A stretch of 64,000 bases of DNA from Gemmatimonadales bacterium (GCA_965249575.1 OZ252244.1:1984001-2048000), one strand, 5' to 3'; counted from the first letter of the stretch, positions 1 to 10,347 are shown. Translations and numbers: made by a program. Notes: generated from the letters alone by a model not told the origin.

Positions 1-512
1 AGAACCCCCAGTGCGAAGTACAGGCCGAGAGTGCCGCGGAGCCTCGGGCCGGCAGAATACTGATAGACCAAGGCCATCGGTGGCCCACCGATGGACGATG
101 CAGTGCCCATGAAACCCGATACGGCGCCCACGGTGAGCAACGACCAGGTTCTTTCCGGAAACCGGAGGCCCGAGGCGCTCATGGCAATCGCCACCAGTAC
201 CAGCGACGCGAAGGCAAGCGTCATCTGTTCGCGTGGGAGGGTCGCCAAGAGCCCAACGGCTAGCAGGACCCCGGGGATCCGGCCGGCCAGGGCCAGGGTC
301 ACTCCCGCCACGTGGACGGACGCCCGGTACTTGATCGAAACGAGAATCGAGAGGAAGAGCGCAACGAACAAGAGCGGTCCCGGGACCAAACGCGGCTCGA
401 TAAGCACGAGGAGCGGCGCTGCCAGCAGCCCAAGCCCAAATCCAACCGACCCCTGGAGAGTGGCTCCGGCTGTAACGACCGCCAGGGCCATCCAAGTCTG
501 AGCGAGCGTCAA
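1..512 (-). CDS. Sulfite exporter TauE/SafE family membrane protein (runs off window start)
   Basis: Not in the ORF track. Manual reverse translation gives LTLAQTWMALAVVTAGATLQGSVGFGLGLLAAPLL...GAVSGFMGTASSIGGPPMALVYQY, with the GFG and GGPP motifs of TauE/SafE. TTG start at 512 with GAAGGAGA SD at 523-530. Confidence 0.85.
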   Translation of the reverse strand, partial: MTLAQTWMALAVVTAGATLQGSVGFGLGLLAAPLLVLIEPRLVPGPLLFVALFLSILVSIKYRASVHVAGVTLALAGRIPGVLLAVGLLATLPREQMTLAFASLVLVAIAMSASGLRFPERTWSLLTVGAVSGFMGTASSIGGPPMALVYQYSAGPRLRGTLGLYFALGV

Positions 513-848
513 TTCGAGGCTGTCTCCTTCTACTCGATAAACGGGAGGCCCGGCGATCCGAATGCTGAGGCACCCAAAACGCTGGTGGCGGCGGCGTAGT
601 ATAGCATCCCTGCGCGCCGATGTGTCACTTACCGATGGGCGTGGGCCGTTGCTCTTGTCGCCGCAAGTCGGCAGATTACGGTCTTCTCGAACGCAACCGC
701 CCCCCAAAAGACAGTGCCGTGGAGGTTTCTTCATAAATGGGCGGTGGTCGGGCCCCTCGACCGGTGCAGGCGGCTCAACGGGCGGGGGCAACGAAGCCTC
801 GTTTAGCCATACTTGACGGTCAACGCAACGCTACCCACCAAGAAAAGG

Positions 849-1457
849 ATGAGTGCAATGAGCATGTTCGGAAGACTCGCGGTGAGTGTCACGACTCTGA
901 CGGTGTTCGGAGTGGTTGGGTGCGGAGGTGGCGACACCGGGGGTGGTGGAGGTGGGGCACCAGCCGGCGGAGCGCCTGCAGCCCAGCAAACCGGCGGTGG
1001 AGCGGGCCTCTCGGTTCCTGAGTGGATGACCGTCAACGAGGGTGGCAAGACCGTGACGCTCAGGATCGAGGCAGGTTCGACCGCGGACAACAACAGCTGG
1101 AACTTCAATGGTCGCTACAACGGCGACGCCACGGTCGTAGTACCTGAAGGGTTCGCCGTGACCATCGAGTTCAAGAACAACGATCCCGAGCTGGCGCACA
1201 GCATCGGTGTCGATAGCCGGACGGGCGGATTCCCTCCAATGTTCGACACCGCGGAGCCCTTGTTCCCAGGTGCGATTTCTTCGAACCCGATGTCGGCTAC
1301 GGATGCGACTCGCCGCGGGGCCTCGGAGACGATCGAGTTCACCGCATCGACCGCGGGCGAATACTCGCTCGTGTGCTACGTTCCGGCCCACGCGCTCGCC
1401 GGTATGTGGATTGGATTCACGGTGTCGGCGGACGGCGAGGCGGGCGTTCGGATGTAA
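849..1457 (+). CDS. Sulfocyanin-like type-1 blue copper lipoprotein
   Basis: Lipobox VVGC and Gly-rich linker; WNFNG, AHSI and C-terminal CYVPAHALAGM give a His/Cys/His/Met copper ligand set. Confidence 0.8.
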   Translation: MSAMSMFGRLAVSVTTLTVFGVVGCGGGDTGGGGGGAPAGGAPAAQQTGGGAGLSVPEWMTVNEGGKTVTLRIEAGSTADNNSWNFNGRYNGDATVVVPEGFAVTIEFKNNDPELAHSIGVDSRTGGFPPMFDTAEPLFPGAISSNPMSATDATRRGASETIEFTASTAGEYSLVCYVPAHALAGMWIGFTVSADGEAGVRM

Positions 1458-1631
1458 GGGCCTGAGGCGTTCCGGCGCGCCCGGCTCCGAATACCACGGA
1501 TCGGCCGCCCGGTGTCTCGGACGGGGGAAGGACTTCATGGTTATCGAGCGGCGCTCTCCGATGGGGAGCGCTCGCGCCGGTCGCTCCGCGCAGGACAGCA
1601 TTCCGGCCATTCTTCAAGAAGGAATAGTCTC

Positions 1632-2993
1632 ATGCTAGAAAGACGGTTCGCGTCACTAATTCCCATCGTGGCGCTGGTTCTTGGCGTGCTCGTAACCACT
1701 CCGGCGCTGTCCCAGTTCCCACCCGGTAGGGAGGGCAGCTCCAACCTGACGATCGTGTCGCACCTGCCGCTCGACGGCGTGGCGTTCAGCACGTCGGACA
1801 TCGAGGTTGAACAAGAGTTGTCGCGCCCATTCGTCTACGTGGACAAACGGCTCATTCCGTCGGGTTTCGATGTGATCAGTATCAAGGACCCCTCGAAACC
1901 CGAGATCATCTACTCGTGGCGGATCGAAGATCCAGAGCTGCATCAGGGATCCGGGTCTCTGGCGCCGACATACCTGAAGAGCAGCGGGCGATACTACTTG
2001 TTCAATGGCTACGAGTTCAGAAGAGGCGGACCGGACGCCGACCTGGCCGCGACGGTACATGATGTCACCAGCCTGCCCGATACCTCTGGCGTCAGGCTGA
2101 TCGCTCGGATACGTCTTCCCGAAGCGCCGGGCGGGTTTCATGAGACGTTCTCATACAAGCACTCGAACGGGCAGGCGTTGGTCTTCGCGGCGCCACAAAT
2201 CAGCTTCGCCTACATCTACGATATCGATCGAATCGCCGCTGGAGGCCCGGATCAGGGGCTCGTCGCAAAGATCGAGGTGCCAGAGTCCGACATGAATCGC
2301 GGCTGGCATGACTTCTATGTCGGCTACGATCCGGCCACTCGTCAGGACAGGATGTTCGGCGCGGGCGGCAAGGGGTATTACGTATTCGACGTCAGCAACC
2401 TCCAAGAGCCTAGGCTCCTCACTTCCGTGACTGGCGCCGCTGGCGTGCCTCGAGGGCACACCTTCACGCCGACGCCGGACGGGAGGTACGCGTTCTCCAT
2501 CTCCGAGCCGACCTATCAGTATGCCCCGATGCGCGTGTTCGATCTGAAGCCGGGTCTGGACGGTGAAGTGAAAAACATCAGTCGCCCCGTGGGTGCGTGG
2601 TCCCCGGACTGGCGAGGAGCCGTTCACTACTTCGAGGTGCGCTGGCCCTACGTCTTCGTGGCTGGCCAGAGTGACGCGTTGCAAGTCATCAACGTCATGG
2701 ATGCTACGAATCCCTACACGGTGGCCTACTACGACACGAAGCAAGGCCCCTACCTCCATGGTGTCGACTTCCGGACCGGGGGCAGGTCAACGAATAGCGT
2801 ATACGACGGTCTGTGGGGCATCGACGTGCGTAACGCCGACGGGCTGATCGTGGTGAGTGATTTGAATACTGGGTTCTGGGCGTTTCGCATGGATGGATTC
2901 AGTGGGTGGGATGGACACGACTGGGGTATGCCAAACCAGTCGAGCGCACAGGATTGGGACAAGGGGCCGGACGGCGCCCCGAAAGTCAGTTGA
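1632..2993 (+). CDS. Secreted LVIVD-repeat / beta-propeller protein
   Basis: Signal peptide; repeats such as FDVISIKDPSKP, VFDVSNLQEPRLL and VINVMDATNPYTVAYYDT; ATG at 1632. Confidence 0.7.
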   Translation: MLERRFASLIPIVALVLGVLVTTPALSQFPPGREGSSNLTIVSHLPLDGVAFSTSDIEVEQELSRPFVYVDKRLIPSGFDVISIKDPSKPEIIYSWRIEDPELHQGSGSLAPTYLKSSGRYYLFNGYEFRRGGPDADLAATVHDVTSLPDTSGVRLIARIRLPEAPGGFHETFSYKHSNGQALVFAAPQISFAYIYDIDRIAAGGPDQGLVAKIEVPESDMNRGWHDFYVGYDPATRQDRMFGAGGKGYYVFDVSNLQEPRLLTSVTGAAGVPRGHTFTPTPDGRYAFSISEPTYQYAPMRVFDLKPGLDGEVKNISRPVGAWSPDWRGAVHYFEVRWPYVFVAGQSDALQVINVMDATNPYTVAYYDTKQGPYLHGVDFRTGGRSTNSVYDGLWGIDVRNADGLIVVSDLNTGFWAFRMDGFSGWDGHDWGMPNQSSAQDWDKGPDGAPKVS

Positions 2994-3000
2994 AGATTGT

Positions 3001-3079
3001 GGGGTAGACGATAGGGCTAGGGTGTAGGGAATACCGTTGGCAGCTGATAACCGAGCTCCCTACTTCCTAATCCTACCCC
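3001..3079. repeat. Imperfect inverted repeat / probable bidirectional terminator between convergent genes
   Basis: GGGGTAG...GTAGGGA pairs with TCCCTAC...CTACCCC between stops at 2993 (+) and 3112 (-). Confidence 0.45.
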
Positions 3080-3111
3080 GTATGCATGCAGTGTTTCCTT
3101 TCGTGAGTTTC

Positions 3112-4173
3112 CTAATCGCCGCCCCAGATATCACCCATCGTAAAGCCCTCTGGAAACGGGTCGGTTGGATCCAGAACGTAGTGGCTGAATCCGGTGATCC
3201 AGGCTTGTCCGCTGAGTGTGGGTACGACGGCGGGGTACCGCCCGATGGTTGTTTCCTCGACTAGCCTGCCGGTGAATACGGTGCCGAGAACACCTTCGTG
3301 GCGAAAGTCCTGGTCGAGCGGGAGCTGTCCCTTGGCGTGCATGACGGCCATCCTTGCGCACGTCCCCGTTCCGCAGGGTGATCGGTCGATAGCGCCGGTC
3401 CACGACCCCCGTCTACTCCAGTCCAAGGTACCGGTCGATACGATCACGGCGTTCTTCGAGGCGGCGTCGGGGCTGCTAGGCGGACCAGAGAGCATCGCGA
3501 TGGTGACCCCAGCGATGTCCGGATTTTCCGGATGCACAACTGGCAGCTGTTCCCTCGCTGCGGCCTTGATCATCTCGCCCACACGGACGATATCGCTCCC
3601 CTCGTCGGGCGTGAGCTCCAGTCCGAGTCGCGCGGCGTCGGCGATGACGTAGAACATCCCGCCGTAGGCGACGTCGACTTTCATTGATCCCAGATCGGGG
3701 ACGTCGATAGCGGCGTCGATGTACGCCGCGAACGCCGGCACGTTCTGGAACGTGACCTGTTTGACCTTCCCGTCGGCCACTTCGGCTCGTATTGGGATGA
3801 GCCCCGCAGGCGCCTCGAGCACCAGCTCGGTGAAGGGCTCCTGCACAGGTACCATGCCGGTTTCGATGAGCACTGTAACCACGCAGATGGTGTTCGTACC
3901 GGACATGGGCGGGTACTCGACCTGCTCCATGATGACGAAGCCCGCGTGTGCCTCCGGTTTCGTGGGTGGCAGGAGGAGATTGCAATTCGACGCGGGGTAT
4001 CCCCTCGGCTCTCGAAGCATACGACGGCGTAGCTCGTCACCGTGCTGTTCGAGGTAAAGCTTCTTTTCGAACATGGTGTTACCCGGTACGTCCGGTACCC
4101 CGCTTACGATGACCCGTCCCGGCTCCCCGCAGGCGTGTGCGTCGACTGCGGTGATGAGGCTGGAGAGGCGCAT
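3112..4173 (-). CDS. Proline racemase / hydroxyproline epimerase superfamily protein (Ser/Cys active site)
   Basis: VDAHACGEPGR, LREPRG, PMSGTNT, DVAYGG and DRSPCGTGT motifs; ATG at 4173 with GGAG SD. Confidence 0.92.
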   Translation of the reverse strand: MRLSSLITAVDAHACGEPGRVIVSGVPDVPGNTMFEKKLYLEQHGDELRRRMLREPRGYPASNCNLLLPPTKPEAHAGFVIMEQVEYPPMSGTNTICVVTVLIETGMVPVQEPFTELVLEAPAGLIPIRAEVADGKVKQVTFQNVPAFAAYIDAAIDVPDLGSMKVDVAYGGMFYVIADAARLGLELTPDEGSDIVRVGEMIKAAAREQLPVVHPENPDIAGVTIAMLSGPPSSPDAASKNAVIVSTGTLDWSRRGSWTGAIDRSPCGTGTCARMAVMHAKGQLPLDQDFRHEGVLGTVFTGRLVEETTIGRYPAVVPTLSGQAWITGFSHYVLDPTDPFPEGFTMGDIWGGD

Positions 4174-4366
4174 CGGGTCTCCTGTTAACGGTTCCCGTTT
4201 CGCGGTCGCTACCAAGATAAGCGCGTGCACCGCTTGGGAGATCACGCGTTTGCCGCAGGCATCCCGGGGGGCTATTATCTCGGCGCTTTTTTCGACTGGA
4301 CGTGATCGCGCGGCCGTAGCGCCGTATCATCCACTAGCCAATCGGGACATGTCGAACGGAGACACA

Positions 4367-5419
4367 ATGCGGGCCGTGGTGATTCACCGGCACGGCGGCC
4401 CCGAAGTACTCACTCTGGAGCCGGCGTGGCCTCGGCCCGTCCCAGGCCCCGGGGACATTGTCGTGCAAGTGAAGGCCTGCGCGCTCAACTATCTCGACAT
4501 CTTCGTCCGGAACGGGATGCCAGGGGAGCCGACACCGTTACCCACGATAACCGGAGGCGACATCGCGGGTGTTGTGCACAGCGCTGGAGATGGGGTCGAA
4601 TGGCCGCCAGTCGGCGAGCGGGTGGTGCTCAATCCCAACTGGGGGTGTGGCCGCTGCGAATATTGCCGGGACGGTGACACGCAACTGTGTCTCAGACCGA
4701 GAATGTTGGGGGAGATAGATCCAGGCGGGCTGGCCGAGTACGTGAAATGCCCTGCACGCCAGGCCATCTCCGTCCCGGCTGATTTCCCATTGGAGAATGC
4801 GGCGTGCCTGCCGGTCGCCTACGGTACTGCGTGGCGGATGGTCACAGTCCACGCGGCAATCGTGCCCGACGACGTCGTGCTCGTGCTCGGCGCGGGCGGC
4901 GGTGTGGCGATGGCTGCCATTCAAATGGCAAAACTGATGGGTGCTCGGGTGATCGCGACCGCGTCTACCGACCGGAAGCTCGAGCGCGCGAAGCAGCTCG
5001 GGGCCGACGAAGTGATCAACTACTCTGCTGATACCGACTGGGATCTGACCGTTCGAAAACTCACCCGCAAGCGCGGGGCGGACGTGATTATCGACAGCGT
5101 CGGTGCTGCGACGTGGGAGCGGAGCATTCGCGCACTCGGAAAACGCGGGCGGCTCGTTACCTGCGGCGCGACCTCCGGTCCCATCGGCAGGACCGACATT
5201 CGCTACGTCTTCAGGAGGGAGCAGAGCATCATCGGTAGTGAAGGGTGGACACATTCGGAGCTCGTGCGCATGACGGGGCTGGCGTTTCAGGGGAAGCTCG
5301 AGTCCGTCATCGACCGGGTTCTATCCCTGGAAGAGACCGCGCAGGGCGAGTTGGCCCTCGAGCGGAGGGAGGTGTTCGGGAAAGTCATCGTCCGGCCGGA
5401 GCCGCCGGATGCTTCCTGA
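4367..5419 (+). CDS. Medium-chain dehydrogenase/reductase (zinc-binding ADH / quinone oxidoreductase family)
   Basis: MRAVVIHRHGGPEVL, structural Zn lobe CGRCEYC-x7-C, GAGGGVA nucleotide loop, FGKVIV end. Confidence 0.9.
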   Translation: MRAVVIHRHGGPEVLTLEPAWPRPVPGPGDIVVQVKACALNYLDIFVRNGMPGEPTPLPTITGGDIAGVVHSAGDGVEWPPVGERVVLNPNWGCGRCEYCRDGDTQLCLRPRMLGEIDPGGLAEYVKCPARQAISVPADFPLENAACLPVAYGTAWRMVTVHAAIVPDDVVLVLGAGGGVAMAAIQMAKLMGARVIATASTDRKLERAKQLGADEVINYSADTDWDLTVRKLTRKRGADVIIDSVGAATWERSIRALGKRGRLVTCGATSGPIGRTDIRYVFRREQSIIGSEGWTHSELVRMTGLAFQGKLESVIDRVLSLEETAQGELALERREVFGKVIVRPEPPDAS

Positions 5420-6986
5420 GAACCTGGGACATCTCTTCGCGACCGCGTTGAAACTCTCCCCCTCCCAACCTGCGGTCTTCCAGGGAGATACGGTTCTCAC
5501 CTATCGAGAGCTGGACGAGCGCTGTAACCGCGTCGCAAACGCGCTATGCGGGCTGGGCGTGGAAACCGGAGGGCGCGTTGCCCTCATGTTCGGAAACGAC
5601 TTCCGTTTTTTGGAGTGTTTCTTCGGCCCGATGCGGATGGGAGCGGTATCGGTTCCGCTCAACACGCGGCTCGGTGACGACGCACTGACGTTCATACTCG
5701 ATGATGCCGAGGCGACGGTCGTCATTGCGGATGCGTCCATGGCCGCCCGAGCCGCTCGGGTGGCCGGCGGAAGGCCGGCCGTGCAGGTCGTGGTAGGCGG
5801 TCCGAACCTCCAGAACACGCTGTCATACGGTGAAATCCTCGAGGCGGCGTCACCCCTTCCAACGCCGCGCAAAACGGATGCGCGGGAAATCTGTATGCAG
5901 CCTTATACGTCGGGGTCAACCGGCAAGCCCAAAGGCGCGCTACTCGATCATGGCGGCCAGATCTGGAACGCCGACACGATGCGAAAGGCGATGATGCTCG
6001 ATGAGACCGATCGGGCGCTCGTAGCGGTGCCGCTATTCCACAAGAACGCCATGGCGGGCGCGGTCAAGCCATTTCTCATCGCCGGAGCGTCGATCGTCAT
6101 CCTCCCGGCATTCGACGCTGTGGAGGTGATTCGGGCAATCAGCCGATACAAGATCACGTATCTCACCGGCGTGCCGGCGATGTACAAAATGATACTGGCC
6201 GAGAGTGATGCGCTGCAGAAACACTCCGTCGAGTCGGTCAGATACGCCATGATCGGATCTGCTGAGGTACCCGATGAATTGGTCTCGGAATTCACGCGTG
6301 TGTTCGGCGCAGCGATGGCCGAGGGTTACGGTCTCACCGAGGGCGGTCCGGTGCCGCTGTTCAACACGCGATGGGGTTTGCAACGGCGTGGTAGCTGCGG
6401 AAGAGTGGTCCCCGGATCGGATGTCCGGATCGTAGCGGACGACGGCATCACGGACGTCGATCCTGGCGAGATCGGCGAGCTCGTCGTTCGCAATCCCGGA
6501 ATGGCGCAAGGATACTGGAAGCGTCCGGCAGAGACGGGCCGCAAATTCCGCGATGGATGGCTGTTCACCGGCGACCTCTTCCGTCGCGACAGTGACGGCT
6601 ATTTCTATTTCGTCGGACGAAAGGACGACGTGATCAATGTGTCGGGTGAGAAGGTCTATCCGAAGGAAGTGGAGGACATCCTGATGCGGCACGCGAACGT
6701 TCGGGACGCGTGTGTCGTTGCGGCTCCCCACCCCGTCAAGGGCGAAGTTCCGGTCGCGTTCGTACTCGAGAAAAAGCGGGGGAGGACGACCGAAACGGAG
6801 CTCCAAGACCACTTCCTGCTGCACGGTGCCCCGTATGCCTACCCTAGGAAGTTCTACCTTCGCGAGTCGTTGCCGCTTCTGGGTACCGGCAAGCACGATC
6901 GAAGCGCGATGAAGCAGCTAGCACGGGATGATGCGGCGAGCCTCGTTCGCGAGCGCGAGCCCCGCGGGACCGGTCGTCGCGCCTGA
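5409..6986 (+). CDS. Class I adenylate-forming enzyme (acyl-CoA ligase)
   Basis: YTSGSTGKPKG, EGYGLTE, TGD and GRKDDVINVSGEKVYPKEVE motifs, C-terminal GK. Confidence 0.93.
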   Translation: MLPENLGHLFATALKLSPSQPAVFQGDTVLTYRELDERCNRVANALCGLGVETGGRVALMFGNDFRFLECFFGPMRMGAVSVPLNTRLGDDALTFILDDAEATVVIADASMAARAARVAGGRPAVQVVVGGPNLQNTLSYGEILEAASPLPTPRKTDAREICMQPYTSGSTGKPKGALLDHGGQIWNADTMRKAMMLDETDRALVAVPLFHKNAMAGAVKPFLIAGASIVILPAFDAVEVIRAISRYKITYLTGVPAMYKMILAESDALQKHSVESVRYAMIGSAEVPDELVSEFTRVFGAAMAEGYGLTEGGPVPLFNTRWGLQRRGSCGRVVPGSDVRIVADDGITDVDPGEIGELVVRNPGMAQGYWKRPAETGRKFRDGWLFTGDLFRRDSDGYFYFVGRKDDVINVSGEKVYPKEVEDILMRHANVRDACVVAAPHPVKGEVPVAFVLEKKRGRTTETELQDHFLLHGAPYAYPRKFYLRESLPLLGTGKHDRSAMKQLARDDAASLVREREPRGTGRRA

Positions 6987-7399
6987 TGGGAGGCCGTATT
7001 CCCCGCGAGGGCCTTCGCGCGCTGTTGGAGGCCGCTCCCTACCACGCGTTCCTGCGAGTGAAGCTGACGTCCGTCGAGAAGGGTCGCGTGAGCGTCACAT
7101 TGCCGTTCCGCGAAGAGTTTCTTGGAGACCCGGAGGGGCCGTTCCTCCACGGCGGCATCATTGCGGCGCTGCTCGACATCGCCGCGTGTTTCGCCATCAT
7201 ATCCGAGCTGGAGCGCGACGTACCGACCGTGGATCTTCGCGTCGACTATCTACGCCCAGCCGGCAGCGTCGACATCACTGCAGAGGGAAGCGTCGTGAGA
7301 GTTGGGCGGTCACTCGGCGTGGCCGATGCAAAAGCCATCGACGCGAATGGCCGGCTCATTGCCGTCGGCCGTGGCCAGTTCAATACGGTGAAAGCATGA
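6986..7399 (+). CDS. PaaI family hotdog thioesterase
   Basis: LHGGIIAALLD and TVDLRVDYLRP; TGATG overlap with the ligase. Confidence 0.9.
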   Translation: MGGRIPREGLRALLEAAPYHAFLRVKLTSVEKGRVSVTLPFREEFLGDPEGPFLHGGIIAALLDIAACFAIISELERDVPTVDLRVDYLRPAGSVDITAEGSVVRVGRSLGVADAKAIDANGRLIAVGRGQFNTVKA

Positions 7400-7415
7400 C
7401 GGTCAGCGAGGTCCG

Positions 7416-8814
7416 ATGGTGACAGACGAACGAGACATGACACCGGGTGGGGAACAAGCGAGCGCGCTCATACAGCGATATCCGCTCGCCGAGGCGATAC
7501 CGCCCGAGAAGCTCGAAGCGGAGATCGCGCAGATCGACCGGCTAGAAGCGGCGCCGTTCGGCAGGAGGGTCTCTGGCTACCTCCGGCTGACCGGACCGGG
7601 CTTCATGGGAGCGGCGCTCACCTTGGGAGCGGGCACGCTCGCAGGGGCGATGCTGTCGGGCGCCCGGTTTGGATATCGGACGCTTTGGATGGTGTGGCTC
7701 TCGGTTGGGCTGGGGATGTTCATGCTGGCGGCCTCGGCCCGCTTTACGAGCAAGGGCGGGTTCCGCGTCATACCTACCCAGAACCGGCTTCACGGGCGCC
7801 TGGTCGGATCGGTGCTCACCGGTATCGTCGGATGCGCCTTCGTCGGAATCGTGTTCAGCTTCGGTCAGTACTCCCTCTCCACGCATCTCATCGAATCCCT
7901 GGCGGCGCTGAGCGGATTCGAGTTCCCCCGTACGATGAACTGGGTTCTCGTCTTCGCTCTCACGGCCTCCTTGACCCTGCTCTATGGCAGGAAGGACGGG
8001 CGTGGTATCGGTCGTGTCGAATCGTTCATGAAGGTTTGCGTCCTCATCAATGTTGCTTGGTTTCGGCGCGACGCTGCTCGTCGTCGGAGTGCAGTGGAAC
8101 GAGTTGCTCCGGGGGATCTTCGTCCCATGGTTGCCTCGAGGGTTCGAAGGTATCACGCTGTTCGTGGCGTCCTCGACCGCGGCGATCGGAGTGATGGACT
8201 GGGTGTTTTTTCACTATGCCGGACTCGCGCGGGGCTGGGGACCGAAACACGAAGGGCTGGCGCGGTATGACATGTTCGTTGGTTTCTTTCTGCCCTTCGT
8301 TCTCATCAACTGCATGGTCATCGCCGTCTTCTCGGAGACTCTGTATGGTAAGGCTCATCCCGAGACGGCCGCCGATCTGGCGCGGTCGCTCCAGCCCCTC
8401 CTCGGCGCGTATTGGTCGCAGGTCTTGTTTTACCTCGGATTTCTTGCGGTTCCGGTCAGTACGATCGTAGGCATGAGCATCGTGACGGCGATTGCCATTC
8501 ACGAAGCGTTCGGCTGGACTCCGGACACGACGTCGCTCAGGTGGAAGGTCACTGCCCTTCTACCACAGATTGGATTCCTCGGTGTTTGGCATCCACGGCC
8601 CGTCTGGTTGATAATCATCATCGGCGCGTTCCTGTCGCTGTCGCAGAACTTCGTTGGGTGGAGCTTTTATCTCCTCGCGAACAACAAGAAGCTGCTGGGT
8701 GAAGACCGCTGCAAGAGCCGGTTCTGGAACGGCGGTATGCTCCTCGACGTGACGCTCATCAACTGCGTCAGCATCATCTACGTTTTGAGCTTGTTGAACC
8801 TGTGGCCGGAGTAA
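7416..8814 (+). pseudogene. NRAMP/MntH-like divalent cation transporter, frameshifted near 8049
   Basis: TGPGFMGAALTLGAGT and GYRTLWMVWLS N-terminus. ORFs 7416-8270 and 8050-8814 join into one multi-TM protein if one A is removed from ctcatcAatgttg. Confidence 0.75.
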
Positions 8815-8821
8815 ACGACAG

Positions 8822-9013
8822 ATGCACCTAAACCAACGAATCGGGCCGTTGACGCTGCGAACATGGGGCCTCGTCCTCAACCTAGTCGGTAACGTGCTGC
8901 TTCTGCACGGTGCGGTCACCTTTCTCACCGGCGGCGCCGGACCTCTCGAAATGGCGGTCGGCGGTGCCGTTACGGCGGCTTGTCTTTTCATTCTGTCGGC
9001 GCCCACGACTTGA
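8822..9013 (+). CDS. Small two-TM membrane protein
   Basis: 63 aa with two hydrophobic helices, tightly packed in the operon. Confidence 0.55.
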   Translation: MHLNQRIGPLTLRTWGLVLNLVGNVLLLHGAVTFLTGGAGPLEMAVGGAVTAACLFILSAPTT

Positions 9014-9030
9014 TGATGGAGGCTCGAACC

Positions 9031-10347
9031 ATGAAGTCCGTACTAGCGCTGCTCTACATCGGATTGGGCGCTGTCGGTGCGCAGGCTCAGACGCCCATCG
9101 TCATTAGAAACGCCGTCATCATTGACGGCAGTGGCGGGTCGCCGATCGAGAATGGCTCTGTAGTCATCCGCGGCCGGACGATCGAGGCCGTCGGGGCGGC
9201 CGCGAACGTTGTGCCACCCCCTGGCGCCCGGGTCATCGACGCGAAGGGAAGCGCGGTCATGCCCGGCTTGGCGGACATGCACGTGCACTTGACCGGCGGG
9301 TGGGACGGGATCTCTGTGGACTTGCTCAGTTATCGGAGATACCTCAACGCGCTGCTGTTCGCTGGCGTGACGACTGTACTCGACGTCGGCAACGTGCAGC
9401 CCTACGTGCTTCAACTGCGGCAGGAGGTAGCAGCGGGCCGGCTCGCCGGGCCGCGAATCTACGCGGCGGGCGCACTGCTCGACGGAGCCGATCCGGCATG
9501 GCCCCCGATCTCTTACACGGTCTCGTCGGTGGAACAGGTCCCGGCGCTCGTGCGGCGGCAGAAACGAGACGGTGTCGACATCCTCAAGGCCTATCACGGG
9601 CTGTCGCTCCAGATGATCGGTGCTCTCGCGCGAGAGGCAAACAAGCACTCACTAGCCGTGATCATGGACAACAGGTCGGTATCGTGGGATCGTGTCGTCG
9701 ATTCCGGCATCCGGGCGTTCGCTCACCTGCCGGCCGGCATCTCGAACGAGGCCGTGGCGTCGATGAAGGAAAACGGTGTTCACGTCATAACGACGCTCGC
9801 CGTCAGGGAGCGGCGGCGTCGGTTGGCGGATCTCACGTTCGTTGAGCATCCTGTCATTCGCGATGCGTGGCCCACGTTTTTCCTGGACGACCTCCGGGCC
9901 CGAGCCGCGCAGTCCGATGCACCGGACGCTGAGACGCTCGCCCGGATCGATCTCACAATGCTCGAGACCAAGCGGCTGTTCGATGCGGGAATAATGCTGG
10001 TGGGCGGAACCGACGCCCCCTATCCCGGAGTCTTTCAGGGAGAGAGCATCCACCACGAGATGGAACTGTTCGTGGAGGCGGGGCTCACACCGCTGCAGGC
10101 TATCTCAGCGGTCACCAAGAACGCCGCGATCCTGATGGGCGCGGGAGACGAGTGGGGGACGCTCGCTCCGGGGCGCGCGGCGGACATGATCGTGGTCGCG
10201 GGACGCCCCGATCGAAACGTCGGTGATTCACGAAACATCGAGATGGTCATTCAGCAGGGGAAGGTCCTGGATCGGAGTGACCTCGCGTACGATCCCGAGC
10301 GGGATACTGGATTCTTAGTCGGCGCGTCGGCCTCGTCGACGCAGTAG
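9031..10347 (+). CDS. Secreted amidohydrolase superfamily protein
   Basis: Signal peptide, MPGLADMHVH, GVTTVLDVG, GGTD and GTLAPGRAADMIVV; GGAGG SD before ATG 9031. Confidence 0.88.
   Translation: MKSVLALLYIGLGAVGAQAQTPIVIRNAVIIDGSGGSPIENGSVVIRGRTIEAVGAAANVVPPPGARVIDAKGSAVMPGLADMHVHLTGGWDGISVDLLSYRRYLNALLFAGVTTVLDVGNVQPYVLQLRQEVAAGRLAGPRIYAAGALLDGADPAWPPISYTVSSVEQVPALVRRQKRDGVDILKAYHGLSLQMIGALAREANKHSLAVIMDNRSVSWDRVVDSGIRAFAHLPAGISNEAVASMKENGVHVITTLAVRERRRRLADLTFVEHPVIRDAWPTFFLDDLRARAAQSDAPDAETLARIDLTMLETKRLFDAGIMLVGGTDAPYPGVFQGESIHHEMELFVEAGLTPLQAISAVTKNAAILMGAGDEWGTLAPGRAADMIVVAGRPDRNVGDSRNIEMVIQQGKVLDRSDLAYDPERDTGFLVGASASSTQ

Noticed and set aside
513..848. Possible riboswitch or ncRNA between tauE and the sulfocyanin gene
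   Set aside because: Only short GC stems and no recognisable aptamer; an Rfam scan would be needed.
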